This document shows positions 26,190-37,842 of a DNA stretch of 64,000 nucleotides, one piece after another. Made by a program: the position numbers and the translations under genes. Origin of the DNA: Felis catus (lineage: Eukaryota); contig NC_058368.1 in the NCBI RefSeq assembly GCF_018350175.1, positions 196,480,001 to 196,544,000 on the forward strand, read 5' to 3'. Position 1 is the first letter of the stretch; every line of letters begins with the position of its first letter. The notes beneath the pieces are model-generated. The model worked only from the letters and a program-made list of their open reading frames with translations. It was not told the DNA's origin and ran no database searches.

Positions 26190-28840
26190 ATGAAAGACTC
26201 AGAAAAATTTAAATACAATCAATTGAAGACAAATAAAAGAGGGTGATTTTATATTTGCACAAAACATAAAGCATAAATTTGCACAAAAGCAAGTTCTAGA
26301 ATATGTGTTCTCATTACAGAAGGGTATAAAGGAGTGGGGAAGGCTTTTCCGAGCATGATACCAAAGGCTGAATCCATAAAGGAGAATACCAAATCTGATT
26401 ACATAAAAATTAAAAAAAGAAAAAAAAAACAAAAAACAAAAAAACACCTTTGTGTCCCAAAACAAAACAAAACCCAAAAAACCACAAATTTAACCACAAT
26501 TAAAAGACAACTGATAAACTGGGGAATAACTCTGTCAACAACAAAATATTCAAATGAAGGATGGAAACAAAAGAAATTCACAAAAGAGATTTAAGAAAAA
26601 ACAACATACAATCCTCTTAAGAATCAAAGAAATGCAACAAATTAGGAAATGATACACTAGTTTTTACCTATCAAATTGGCAAAACTTTAAAAAATTATAA
26701 TACCAATCTGCAAAAAGTTCCTAAAGCTGGTAAGGAAATTTAGCAAGGTCACTGGGTAAAAACTCAATAGACAAAACCCAACGGTATTTCTACACTAACA
26801 CTGAACAGTCAGAAATTAAAACCATGTCATTTAGAATTGAACAAAATGAAATATTTAACAAAATATATGCAGGATCTACATGCTGAAAACTATGAAACAC
26901 TGATGAAAGAAATAAAAGAAACCCTAATAAGAAAGATTGACATGTTTACGGATTGGAAGACTCAATATTTTTAAGCGTGTTAAACTTTCAAATTGATCTA
27001 TAGATTCAATGTAATGCCAATTAAAATTCCAGTAGGACTCTGCAGATACTGAGAAGCTGATTCTAAAATTTACATGGAAATGCAAAGGAGGGGCAACTGG
27101 GTGGCTCAGTCTGTTGAGTGTCCAACTCTTCATTTCGGCTCAGGTCATGATCTCATGGTAAGTGGGTTTGAGCCCAGAGCTCTGTGCTGACAGTGCGGAG
27201 CCTGCTTGGAATTCTCCCTCCCTCTGCCCCTCTCCAACTGGCACGCACTCTCTCTCAAAATAAAAATTAAAAAAATAATTAAAAAAAAAAAAGAAAAAAA
27301 AGGAAATGCAAAGGAACTAAAATAGCCAAAACAACTAGGAAGAACAAGGTTGGAGGACTCACACTAACTGATTTTAAGACCTACTATCCAGCTGTAGTAA
27401 TCAAGACCAGTGTGGTATTGGCAAAAGGACAGACAACATAAAACAACGAAAGAGAACAGAGAACAGAAATAAACCCGCACATATGATCAACTGTTTTTCA
27501 ACAAAGAAGCAAAGGCAATTCAATGGAGAAAAGACTATCTTTCAACAAATGGTGGTACAACTGGATGTCCACAAGCCAAAAAAAAAAAAAAAAAAAAGAA
27601 AGAAAGAACTCAATCTGGGCCTCACACGTTATACTCACACTTTATATAAAAATTAACTCAAAATGAATTACAAACTTAAATGTAATCCATAAACTTATAA
27701 AAATTAGAAGAAAACACAGAAAAATATATATGGTCTTCACCGACGTAGAGAGACCGTAGACTGTAAAAAGCATAATAATCCCTAAAAGAAACAACTGATG
27801 AAGTAGTCTTTGTCATAATTAAGAACTTCTGCTCTGTGGATGATTTCTTTAAAAGAATGAAAAATCAAGCCAAAAATCATGAGAAAACACTTGTAAATCA
27901 CTTATCTGACAAAGGACTTATGGGTCCAGAATTATAAAGAATTTAACAGTAAGAAAACAATCTACTCCAACAGACCAAAGATGGAACAGATACTTCACCA
28001 ACGACGACATGTAGATGGCAAATAAACCCATGAAAAGATGCTCAACATCACTAGTCATTGAGGAGACACAAATTAAAACCACGAAGAAATACCACTACAC
28101 ACAGCCATCAGAATGGCTAAGAAAAACAAGAACAAAAAAACCCTCTCATTCCCTGTTGGACATAATGCAAAATGGTACAAACATTTAAGTAAACAGTTTG
28201 GCAATTCCTTTACAAAAATAAAGATACACTTAGCATATGGCCCAGCAGTCTGACTCCTCGGTATTCATCCAAAAGATGGAAATTTGTGTTTACACAAAAG
28301 CCCGTACATGAGTGTTCATAGCAGCTCTATTCAAAAGTGCCCAAAACTGGTAACAACACAAATGTCCTTCAAAAAGTGAACAGATAAACTAACTGTGGTA
28401 CTTCACACAATGCAAAACTACTCAACAAGAAGGAGGAACAAACTGCTGATACATGCAACAACGTGGATGACTTTCAAAGGCATGATGTTTAACGAAAGAA
28501 GCCAGACTCCCTTAAAATACTGCATACATTGTGTATCAACTACACTCAAAAGAATTTTAATCTTTAAAACATATTTTTAAAAAATACTACATACTACGAT
28601 TGGATTAAATGACATTCTAGAAAGATGGAGCTATAGGAATGAAGAAGAGATCAGATGGCTGCTAGAGGTCAGGGGTGATTACACACAGGAGGAATGTTTT
28701 AGGCCATGGAACTGTCCTATATACGGATTGTGGTGGCAGGTACACAACTCGGTGCACCTGTCAGAACTCATGTGACTGTACGACAATGAAGTAAATGTTA
28801 TTGTTGATGTAAATTTAAAATTAAAGCTAAAATCAAAAAT
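26190..28840 (+). mobile_element. Degraded L1 (ORF2 3' region and 3' UTR, possibly several fragments), interrupted by a SINE
   Basis: L1 ORF2-like motifs (ggattggaagactcaatatt, gttggaggactcacacta, ctttcaacaaatggt, catgaaaagatgctcaacatcactagtcatt); no intact ORF. Confidence 0.85.
27090..27301 (+). mobile_element. Can-SINE inserted in L1
   Basis: SINE head and tail; 14-bp TSD ggaaatgcaaagga at 27076-27089 and 27302-27315. Confidence 0.93.
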
Positions 28841-29321
28841 ATATATAATCCTAGGTACTACTGACCCAGATAGACTGCAGGAAAATGGCACTCTCATTAT
28901 CTACTGGCAAAAGCATAAAATAATACAAACTCAGTTGGGCAATACAAGACATTGAGAGCGTGAATACGAAACAAGGCAATGTAAGGCTCTGAAGACAAGA
29001 ATAAATCACAAATACTCTAATCTTTGGCACTCAAGTGTACGTATGAAATTCAAATTCCAAATTCTTACAACGGTGGTACATGGTGAATGTTCCACAAATG
29101 TCTGTTGCTGATGAACATACAGGGAGAATGGGTAAACACGCAGCAATTCCGTTTTGAGCACTTGTCCAAAGGAAATAATTAAGGCTATACACAAAGAGTT
29201 AATTATAAAGAGAATTCTAAAATGGAGTCCCATACACTCTCTAATTATGGTCATGTATTTCCCCACTTGCTGGCACAGGAAGATGCCCATGGTACACTGC
29301 CAAACTTAAAAAGAATATTCC

Positions 29322-29739
29322 GGGGCATGTGGGTGGCTCAGTCGGTTAAGCATCTAACTCTTTTTTAAAAAATTTGTTTTTTAATGTTTTTAATTATTTT
29401 TGAGAGAGACAGAGACAGAATGCGAGTGGGTTAGGGGCAGAGAGAGGGAGACACAGAATCGGAAGCAGGCTCCAGGCTCTGAACTGTCAGCACAGAGCCC
29501 GACGCGGGGCTCGAAATCACGAGCCATGAGATCATGACCCGAGCCGAAGTCAGACGCTCTACCGACTGAGCCATGCAGGCGCCCCAAGCATCTAACTCTT
29601 GATTTTGGTTCATGTCACAATCTCATGGTCATGAGATCAAGCCCCGTGTGAAGCTTGCTTGGGATTCTTTCACCCCCTCTGTGCCTCTCCCCCACTCAGG
29701 CTCACGCTTTCTCTCTCTGAAAATAAACATAAAAAAAAT
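29322..29739 (+). mobile_element. Can-SINE split by an inverted Can-SINE
   Basis: Head at 29322-29362 resumes after 29600; flanked by aagaatattcc/aagaatatccc. Confidence 0.9.
29363..29585 (-). mobile_element. Can-SINE nested in the preceding SINE
   Basis: Reverse-complement SINE; 15-bp TSD aagcatctaactctt at 29348-29362 and 29586-29600. Confidence 0.93.
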
Positions 29740-30100
29740 AAGAATATCCCAAAACAATATCTGGCACGACCCCACTTTTGCTGAAAGAAAAACCATAAAC
29801 CCATAAATCCCATATTCCCTTTTATTTTCTTCCTTGTACCTGTCAGCATTTTCTATTTTTTTCCACAATGAAGATCTATTATTTAAAAATTAACTTTGTC
29901 TAAAGATCCAAGATACAAGAGCCCTAATATAAGAGCCCAGAAGTAATCTTCTGGCACCAAGACATCCACAAGAAAAAAATCCCCTCTTTCTCAGAAGCCA
30001 CATCTGAAGGAAGGTGCAGTGCTAAAAGAGCCAGAGGTCTGACCAACAGAGGCTGTTCCCAAGCCTGTTTTGGGGCCCTTTGAAGGAAGAAAGGCTGATA

Positions 30101-30193
30101 CCACCGGCATAGATGTCCGTGAAGCTGTGCAGGGCCAGACAATGACACCCACCTGCATAGATGTCCGTGAAGCTGTGCAGGGCCAGACAATGA
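30101..30193. repeat. Tandem duplication, period 48 bp, spanning the HMGXB3 exon 13 donor
   Basis: 30101-30145 vs 30149-30193 identical at 44/45 positions (ccacc[g/t]gcatagatgtccgtgaagctgtgcagggccagacaatga). Confidence 0.97.
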
Positions 30194-30280
30194 GGGTTCA
30201 GACACATCTTCACCTGGGCAGTCACCACCTGTAGCCGGCTGGCTGTCAGCAGCCAGCACTCCTGGGGCCCGGCCAGGGAG
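30153..30280 (-). CDS. HMGXB3: HMGXB3 exon 13 (its 3' end is tandemly duplicated into the intron)
   Basis: tactag|CTCCC...GCAG|gtgggt; 128 nt; SLAGPQECWLLTASRLQVVTAQVKMCLNPHCLALHSFTDIYA. Confidence 0.93.
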
Positions 30281-30796
30281 CTAGTACCAAAACATCACCG
30301 ACAGAAAAACATAAAGGAAATCAACTCATGCAGTTCCAGGGCTCAGTGATCAATGGCAAAGTTCTCAAGATTTTAATGAAGTAGGCAAACGAAGATGCTG
30401 GAGCTCGTGTTCCAAGGTTTTCTAGGTGGGTGTCTGCTCTGGTGGCATGTGGTCTGTGGAATCACCCCTTAAGTTAATACTACTCTGGATCCATTACCTA
30501 CTTTAACCAATCCCCCTGAACTCCCAAATCCAAGCACTGTGCCGGGCAGTCCAGATGTAAATGAAATCCTAACTTGGTGACAACAACTTTCAGGCATTTT
30601 CAATAGAAATAATGGATCATTACTAATCACTATGATTTTACTTTAGGCAATTGAAAAAGCAAAGGAAACCTAAGAGAAGCAGAGAATAATAACATCTTCA
30701 AAGGATATAGCTTTACAGAAGTTTGGAAAAAGGGGCAAGATGGGCCAAGTAAGATATGGCAGCTAGGGACAGGGTAAATCTGAAAGGGGTGCTTAC

Positions 30797-31098
30797 TTTT
30801 GTCCCCCTTTGAATAATGGGCTGCTACAGAGTAGGCACTGCGTGGACGGAGACTCATAATAATTCGACCAAGAGGTCTGCTCGATGGTGACCGTCTCTTC
30901 ACTCACGTTGGACAGAATGAGTCGAGAGCTGTTGAGTTCGTGAATCAAGGCGAAGACCTCAGCCAGCTCAGACTCGTTCTCAGGAATCTGCAGGACTTTG
31001 CGCAGCAGCTGCAGAGTGGACTGGCGCTGGACCTCCCTCTGGGCCAGGCTCAGGGGCTCTGTGGCACTCAGCACATCTGGGAGCGGTGAGCTGACCTC
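30797..31098 (-). CDS. HMGXB3: HMGXB3 exon 12
   Basis: tcccag|GAGGTC...CAAAA|gtaagc; 302 nt; EVSSPLPDVLSATEPLSLAQREVQRQSTLQLLRKVLQIPENE...TQCLLCSSPLFKGGQ. Confidence 0.96.
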
Positions 31099-31369
31099 CT
31101 GGGAAAGGAGCAGATTGAATGATCAGCAAACAGCCAGGGCACCGCCAGCCTTGGTCTAAAATGCTGAGAGGCTGCCAGCGGCAGAGGGATGGGCCCATCC
31201 GTGGCTGAGGGCAGGAAACCTAGTTTCCAAACCACCTCAGTTAGTAACTCGCTGCGTGACTCGAGGCAGGTGTTCTCTCTCTGGCACAAAGTTCTCTACC
31301 AGTAAAAGGAGAGGATTATACACATCACTCAGAAATGGTTTCCGAGGTAAGCTCCCATTCACCAGGTTT

Positions 31370-31600
31370 GGAGAATAACAGACCCGGGTCTCAATCCTGG
31401 ATATGCCACTTAATAGCCATACATTTGGGACCCAAAGCAATCTACTGAATCTTTCTGAGCCTCAATTTTCTTATCTATGAAATGAAGGATGAAGTACTAG
31501 TAATCTCCTAGAGTTATCATGCAGAGTAAACAAAATATTGCAAGTAAAGCACTTAGCCTAGTACCTGGTAGACAATGAAAGCTCTACAAATGGTAGTTTT
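31370..31600 (+). mobile_element. MIR
   Basis: tttctgagcctcaattttcttatctatgaaatgaaggat...aaagcacttagcctagtacctgg. Confidence 0.65.
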
Positions 31601-32394
31601 GATATGTCACCAAATATCTGTACTACTTAAGGCATTTGTCTTTAACACTTTTATCTTCTGGGTACAAGGGAACTATTTCATATATCAATTAAAGGCTTTC
31701 AGGACTAAGGTCCTGAAATGCTCATTAAAAAATGGAGGTTCCTCCGAGATCCCTTATATAAATGCAACAGGAATCACTCCCTCCCTCGTGTTTCCAGAGT
31801 CCATCCTTTTACTGCAGAATTCCCTGTCTCACAGCTGGTGAGACTGTTCCCCTATTTTCAGTGAGTATAAGGTTCCTGTTTATTTGCTGATTCCCAAAAC
31901 CAGCATGAGAGCACACTAAAGATTCTAATTCCTATTTGCTGGACATATAATATGTTGCTTTGCAGAAGTTAATTGCCTAATAACAAGAAGGAACTTTCTA
32001 TGAACTCTGCACACTTATAGCTCTCATCTCATTTATCTGTAGTTTGGCTACTTACTTTTCTCCCCCACGAGACTGTGTGTTCCTCAAGGGAAGGGACCAT
32101 GTTCTATTTATCTTTGTATCTCCAAAGGCCTGACCTACAGTAGGCATTCAAATGCATGCTTGCTGGAAGAAAAAGAACAACTGCAGAGAGCTGACTGACA
32201 CTAGAATGAGTTGCCCTGGGAGACAGTGTGTTCCCAGCCCTGTCTATGTTGAACTATGGGCTGGAAGAGTAGTTGGCAGGGATACTATCCTTCTACTCTG
32301 AGCCACAGTGAAAGACAGGAATGAAGACCATTCCAGCCCAGAGTTGCTGCAGTCTTAATTACAGCTACCAATGACAAACTGCGCAGGAAGCATA

Positions 32395-32413
32395 TGGCCA
32401 CCAGGGGGCTCCA
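32395..32413 (+). promoter_or_regulatory. Candidate CTCF-binding motif
   Basis: TGGCCACCAGGGGGCTCCA matches the consensus TGGCCACCAGGGGGCGCTA at 17/19 positions. Confidence 0.6.
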
Positions 32414-33594
32414 GAGAGCATTACACACTAAGGTCCTTGGGTCTCAGACCAGTTTTAGTTTACAGAAAAATAGTAATTACATTTTATTTCTCTAAAACTT
32501 AGGAAGTTGAAAGGTGACATAATGTCAGAAGGATACTGGAGGTAGGCAGCTATCAACCAAAGACAAAAGAATATAAAATTCCAAGAGTAGGATTTGAAAT
32601 CAATTGGCTAGAAGTCCCTGAACAATTCCTGTCTGACCTGGAAAGTTAGGTCACCTCATCATCCTCGATCCAGGGAACCAACATCCATTTCCACTCTGCA
32701 AACCACACCAATTGCTACAATCAAATAGGAGAAAGGAATGTTCATAGCATCTACTTATACAGGACTCAATTCCATTCCATGACCATGATCAATACATTGA
32801 GTATGCACACTTCAAGGTCAGAAGGCATGGGGGAACAGATACACCTGTCCTAAAAGAGATTACGGTGTCACAGGGAGCTAAGACAGAGTCAAGGCAGAAT
32901 ATGGTCAACACTAAGTGAAAACCTCCTCTTTCCTCCCATTAAAGGCATAGAAGATCCAGGAAGCTCACTGCCAGCAGAGAGCAGCCAATGGAACAGAATG
33001 TGATGGAAGCTATGGACCCATTTTACATGCTATTTCAGGGATTTACAGATTATTTGAAGCTCAATTCTGAGTCTTCTCTGGGGTTCACAGCCCTGAGAAT
33101 AAAATGTCCAGATACAATCTACCTGGCCCGCTTTTGTCACTGGAGAAACTAAAACTCAGAAGAGGGATGGCATCCAGCTGAGGGTCCTCCCAGCTGTCTC
33201 CCAGTCCCCATGTGTTTTCCACTAAGCCATCAGTGCCCACATACTTTAGTTCTATTTCCCTTTCTCACAAGGATAACCTCAGAACATCACCTCAGGTATG
33301 GAAACAAACCTGGGACCACGGGGTGAGATTTATCTGCCAGGAGCTCCCCTGCCCTGCCCGCCATATCCATAGAAAACTTAGCTTGAAATGGTTCTCACCA
33401 CCTCGGTAGTCCTGTCCATTCCCAAACCCCCATATGCCTCCTTCCTGACACAACCTTCTAGCCCTCACAATGAATGAAGGACATTCAATGTGACCTCATC
33501 GCCTAAAATATAAATTGTCTGGTTTAATGTTAAAGATCTTCCACAATATGGCCACAATATGCCTTTCAAGCAGCTTATTTTGCATAGTCCTCCC

Positions 33595-33646
33595 TATATA
33601 TACATATATATACGTATATACGTATATATATACACGTATATATATG

Positions 33647-33699
<53 letters not shown>
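33595..33699. repeat. Compound (TA/TACG)n-(CA)n microsatellite
   Basis: tatatatacatatatatacgtata...cacacacaca read directly. Confidence 0.95.
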
Positions 33700-33701
<2 letters not shown>

Positions 33702-33993
33702 TGCTCTTCTAGGTGATTAGAGCACCAGGCTCCCTAGCGCTTCGCTTGTACCCATGCTTATCCTGGAGTATGGCATGCCTTCCTCTTCCATCCAAATCGT
33801 ATCCACCCTGCAAAGTCCAGCTTAGATCTGGAGTGGCCAGACTCCACCTTGGATCCTGACCTGTTCTGTACGCCATCCTCTTTCCTCCCAAGGCAGATCA
33901 GGGAGATCTATCTTCTTACCTTCAACCTAGTCATTCCATCTGCTGCCTGAGGTACTGTAACGTTCTATACACTTAAAGAAATTCACACGTGGA

Positions 33994-34213
33994 GGGGCGC
34001 CTGGATGGCTCAGTCGGTTAAGCGCCCGACTCTTCTTGATTTCAACTCAGGTCATAATCTCACAGTTTGTGGGATTGAGCGTCATGCTGGGCTCTGCTTC
34101 ATGCTGGGCTCTGCGCTGACAGTGTGGACCCTGCTTGGGATTCTCTCTCCCTTTCCCCGACTAGAACATGCATGTACACACTCTCAAAATAAACATTAAA
34201 AAAAAAAAAAAAA
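33994..34213 (+). mobile_element. Can-SINE
   Basis: Head ggggcgcctggatggctcagtcggttaagcg, A-tail, flanks aaattcac..gtg. Confidence 0.9.
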
Positions 34214-34550
34214 AATTCACGTGTGAAGTCTGAGGACCTCTGAAAATACCGATTTTTTCCTGGTTCTAATAAATAAAAAATGAGCCCTAATGAGGCAAAT
34301 GGAATGTGTTTTACACTCCAAACAGTTTGGTCCAACTTCAGAGATTTGCCAAAACTGCTAGAAGTGAAGCTTTGTATTGAGCCAAAAGCTCTATAAGGAA
34401 CCTGAGAGGCAGTGATCTAATCTACAAAGTCTTAGGACTGGCATTCTCTGTTTACCAAAATACTATTTACCAGTGCTCCACCAGGTCTCAGAACTAAAAG
34501 AATGTAACTCTTCCGTCCCTCTCTTCAAAATCCTATTTAAAGAAAAAACT

Positions 34551-34729
34551 TTTTTAAGTTTATTTAGTTTTTAGAGACAGGAGAGGGAGAGAGGCAGAAA
34601 GAGAGGGAGCGAAAGAATCCCAAGCAGGCTCCGTGCAACCAGCAGGGGTCGAACTCATAAACTGTGAGATCATGACCTGACCTGAAATCAAGAGGGGATG
34701 CTTAACCAACTGAGCCATGAGGCACCCCT
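34551..34729 (-). mobile_element. Can-SINE
   Basis: Reverse-complement head (ttaaccaactgagcca...ggcacccc) and GA-rich tract. Confidence 0.88.
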
Positions 34730-34996
34730 TAAGAATCCTCTGTAAAGCCTGTATTCCCATTCTCTTTGGTGAATGAACTCTTGATCCACTGGGCTAGAAC
34801 GTTCTCCAATTCTCTCAACTTAATAATGAGGACAAGGAAGCCCAAAGAGAAGGGTAGGTCCAGAATTTAAAACTGGTTCCAGTTGTGGTATTCTAATTAT
34901 GATCATGTACCAAGAAATCATTTTATTTCTACTAAAACAGGTCCACTAACAAAGCCCAACACAAGGCTAGGGGATGTGTTTAGGGGAGGAACTCAC

Positions 34997-35146
34997 AAGA
35001 GCCTTGGTGGTTTTCTCAGTCCGGTCTTTAGCAAGGTTAAAACCACAGCTGGGACAAATCCGCGGTTTATGTCGGTTGGTGTAGACGTAGTTACAAGAGG
35101 GATTCTTGCACTTTCCCCGGCCTCTTGAAGTAGCGAGGCCCAAATC
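34997..35146 (-). CDS. HMGXB3: HMGXB3 exon 11 (second C4 zinc-binding-like module)
   Basis: ttttag|GATTTG...GCTCTT|gtgagt; 150 nt; DLGLATSRGRGKCKNPSCNYVYTNRHKPRICPSCGFNLAKDRTEKTTKAL. Confidence 0.95.
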
Positions 35147-35412
35147 CTAAAAAAGCAAAACCAATATTCAATTCCACAAAAGTTACACCTGGGCAGAGTC
35201 AAAAACCAGGATGACCAGCTATCAGTAAATCAGAGAAGAAAGTGACAATGGCAAAACCAGATTTAGACTAACTTCCAAAGAGCCTTGATGCAAGATCCTT
35301 ACTCTGTGGTTACCTCCTTTCAATCTTAATACAGCCTGTATAATTTTGGCAAGTCCATCCCCATCTGTGAAACAAGTGAGCTGACTCTTTAGTGTCAGAA
35401 ATTCAAATGCCA

Positions 35413-35564
35413 TGGAACACCTGGGTGGCTCAGTCAGCTAAGCGTCTGACTCCCGGTTTCAGTTCAGGTCATGATCTCATGGTCTGTGAGTTCAAGCCCC
35501 GGGTCCAGCTCTGTGCTGTCAGTGCCGAGCCTGCTTGGGACTGATTTCTCTTTCTCTCTCCCTC

Positions 35565-35595
<31 letters not shown>

Positions 35596-35912
35596 GCCCC
35601 CGCCCCCCCCACCCACACAATTTCACACATGCTCCTATACGTTCACTCACTCTCTCAAAAAAATAAATCAATATTTTAAAAAAATGTTACATGGGGCGCC
35701 TGGGTGGCGCAGTCGGTTACGCGTCCGACTTCAGCCAGGTCACGATCTCGCGCTCCATGAGTTCGAGCCCCGCGTCAGGCTCTGGGCTGATGGCTCAGAG
35801 CCTGGAGCCTGTTTCCGATTCTGTGTCTCCCTCTCTCTCTGCCCCTCCCCCGTTCATGCTCTGTCTCTCTCTGTCCCAAAAATAAATAAACATTGAAAAA
35901 AAAAAAAATGTT
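35413..35912 (+). mobile_element. Two Can-SINEs in tandem; the second (35693-35908) inserted in the A-tail of the first
   Basis: Outer 15-bp TSD agaaattcaaatgcc (35397-35411, 35913-35927); inner TSD aaaaaaatgtta (35678-35689, 35902-35913). Confidence 0.9.
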
Positions 35913-36813
35913 AGAAATTCAAATGCCCTCAGGGTCCAGACTACTGGCAGAGAGAAGCAGAACTATTCTAGCAGAAGGCTGAAGACTGTGGTGAACAAGC
36001 ATCCACACCCTTCCTGAAGACAATCAGGACCTCTGGACTACCTAAGCTCAAATCTCTGGCATCTAGGCTCCTGTGACATGCTGCTATCTAATCAAAAAAG
36101 AGAAGGTCCTGGGAAGCTCCCCCAGATAGTAACCCTAGTGGCCTTCTGTAGTCAAAGGGACAGGGAGGTGACGGTATAGATGGCATGGAGAAGGTAGTAA
36201 TTAGTCTCCGAGAAAAGAAACCTGAGCAGATATTCAGGATAAAGGAGATATTCTCCTTAAGGATCAGGCCAGTCTATGTACTAGTCCACCATACTGTCCT
36301 GTCTTGTTACTACAGAATCCCTAGCAGAGGGTCTGGCCAGAGCAGGCTCTCAGTAAATATTTTCTGAATGAAGGAATGAATGGTTCTGTACCTGTCTGCC
36401 TTTACCAGGTAAGAGTTTTTAAAAATCCAGCTGCTCTCTCAAAATCTGTGTATCTTACTCAATTCAGGCAGAGAACCTGCCAAAAGTTACCTGGTTAATC
36501 GGTATCTAAGGATCAATAAAATTAGAGAATGCTAGAAGCAAAAAAAGAGCCCCAACATGATATCTAAACTGATGCAGCATTTTACAGACGGTGAAAACTG
36601 AGGACCAGAGAAGCAAAGATGCCTACTTGCCCCAAGTCATGTGCATGCTGGCAGCAGAGCCAGAACCACTTTGGGACTAAGTCCTTTGAGTGCTTATTCC
36701 ACTGCTCCATGTGGCTTCCCCTGTAAAAGGATGACCCCAGAGTCCCACTCTGTTTGTTTACTGGGATGTTTATTGGGATGTTAATATATGCTGTGTTAAA
36801 AATAAAAGGTGAT

Positions 36814-37267
36814 GAGGTGCCTGGGTCGCTCAGACAGTTAGGTGTCCAACTTCGGCTCAGGTCATGATCTCGCAGTCCGTGAGATCGAGCCCCTGCGGCG
36901 CTGTGCTGACAGCTCAGAGCCTGGAGCCTGCTTGGGATTCTCTATCCCTCCCTCTCTCTGCCCCTCCCCCACTCCTGCTCTGTCCCTCTCAAAAACAAAC
37001 AAACATTAAAAGATATATAAGGGGTGCCTGGGTGGCTCAGTCGGTTAAGCAGCCGACTTCGGCTCGGGTCATGGTCTCGCGGTCCGTGAATTCGAGCCCC
37101 GTGTCGGGCTCTGTGCTGACAGCTCAGAGCCTGGAGCCTGTTTCGGATTCTGTGTCTCCCTCTCTCTGACCCTCCCCCGTTCATGCTTTGTCTCTCTGTC
37201 TCAAAAATAAATAAACGTTAAAAAAAAAATTTTTTTTAAGAAGATATATAAAATAAGTAAATAAGGA
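36814..37267 (+). mobile_element. Two Can-SINEs in tandem; the second (37021-37240) inserted in the tail of the first
   Basis: Outer TSD taaaaataaaaggtg (36797-36811, 37268-37282); inner TSD aagatatataa (37010-37020, 37241-37251). Confidence 0.9.
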
Positions 37268-37743
37268 TAAAAATAAAAGGTGGGTGGGGAGGGAAAAGGT
37301 TTGTGGGAAATGCGAGGCTAAACAAAGATGCTTTACCAAAGCATTTCTCAAATCCTTTAAGAGGCCAGTACTGACTGTGACTCTATTTTAAGGAGGAAAA
37401 ATAGACCTTTCTCACACTTACCAGTGGATAACAGACTTTTGAGGCTAAAAGGTCCAAAGACTGTTGAATGCTACAGCTGGACTGGATTCTCATGTCCAAT
37501 TACTCCAAGAAACATCCAGGTCTCAGCTGGCCTACACGCTATAGATCTCACCTGCAAAACACCTAGCTAATTCACCCAGCGGCTACCATCTGGATCAGTG
37601 AAGGGATCTTCAGAACCAATGATCTATCTCTGACCCTACTCTCACTCCTAACTACCACTCCCCACCTCCCTCAGACTTCTACTCGCCCTCCACCTAAAAC
37701 CAAAACCCATGTCCTTGTCAACCCATCACCTGGCCACACTTAC

Positions 37744-37842
37744 CAGCGTTACAGTGCAGCTGTACTTGTATGGAGGAAACAGATCAGGCTTGACTTCTAC
37801 AACTTTTACTTGTGACGTCCGACTGCCCGGGCCATTTGTTAG
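37744..37842 (-). CDS. HMGXB3: HMGXB3 exon 10
   Basis: ccacag|CTAACA...ACGCTG|gtaagt; 99 nt; LTNGPGSRTSQVKVVEVKPDLFPPYKYSCTVTL. Confidence 0.94.

Noticed and set aside
30101..30193. CRISPR-like array
   Set aside because: Only two copies with a 3-bp gap in a eukaryotic exon; a simple tandem duplication
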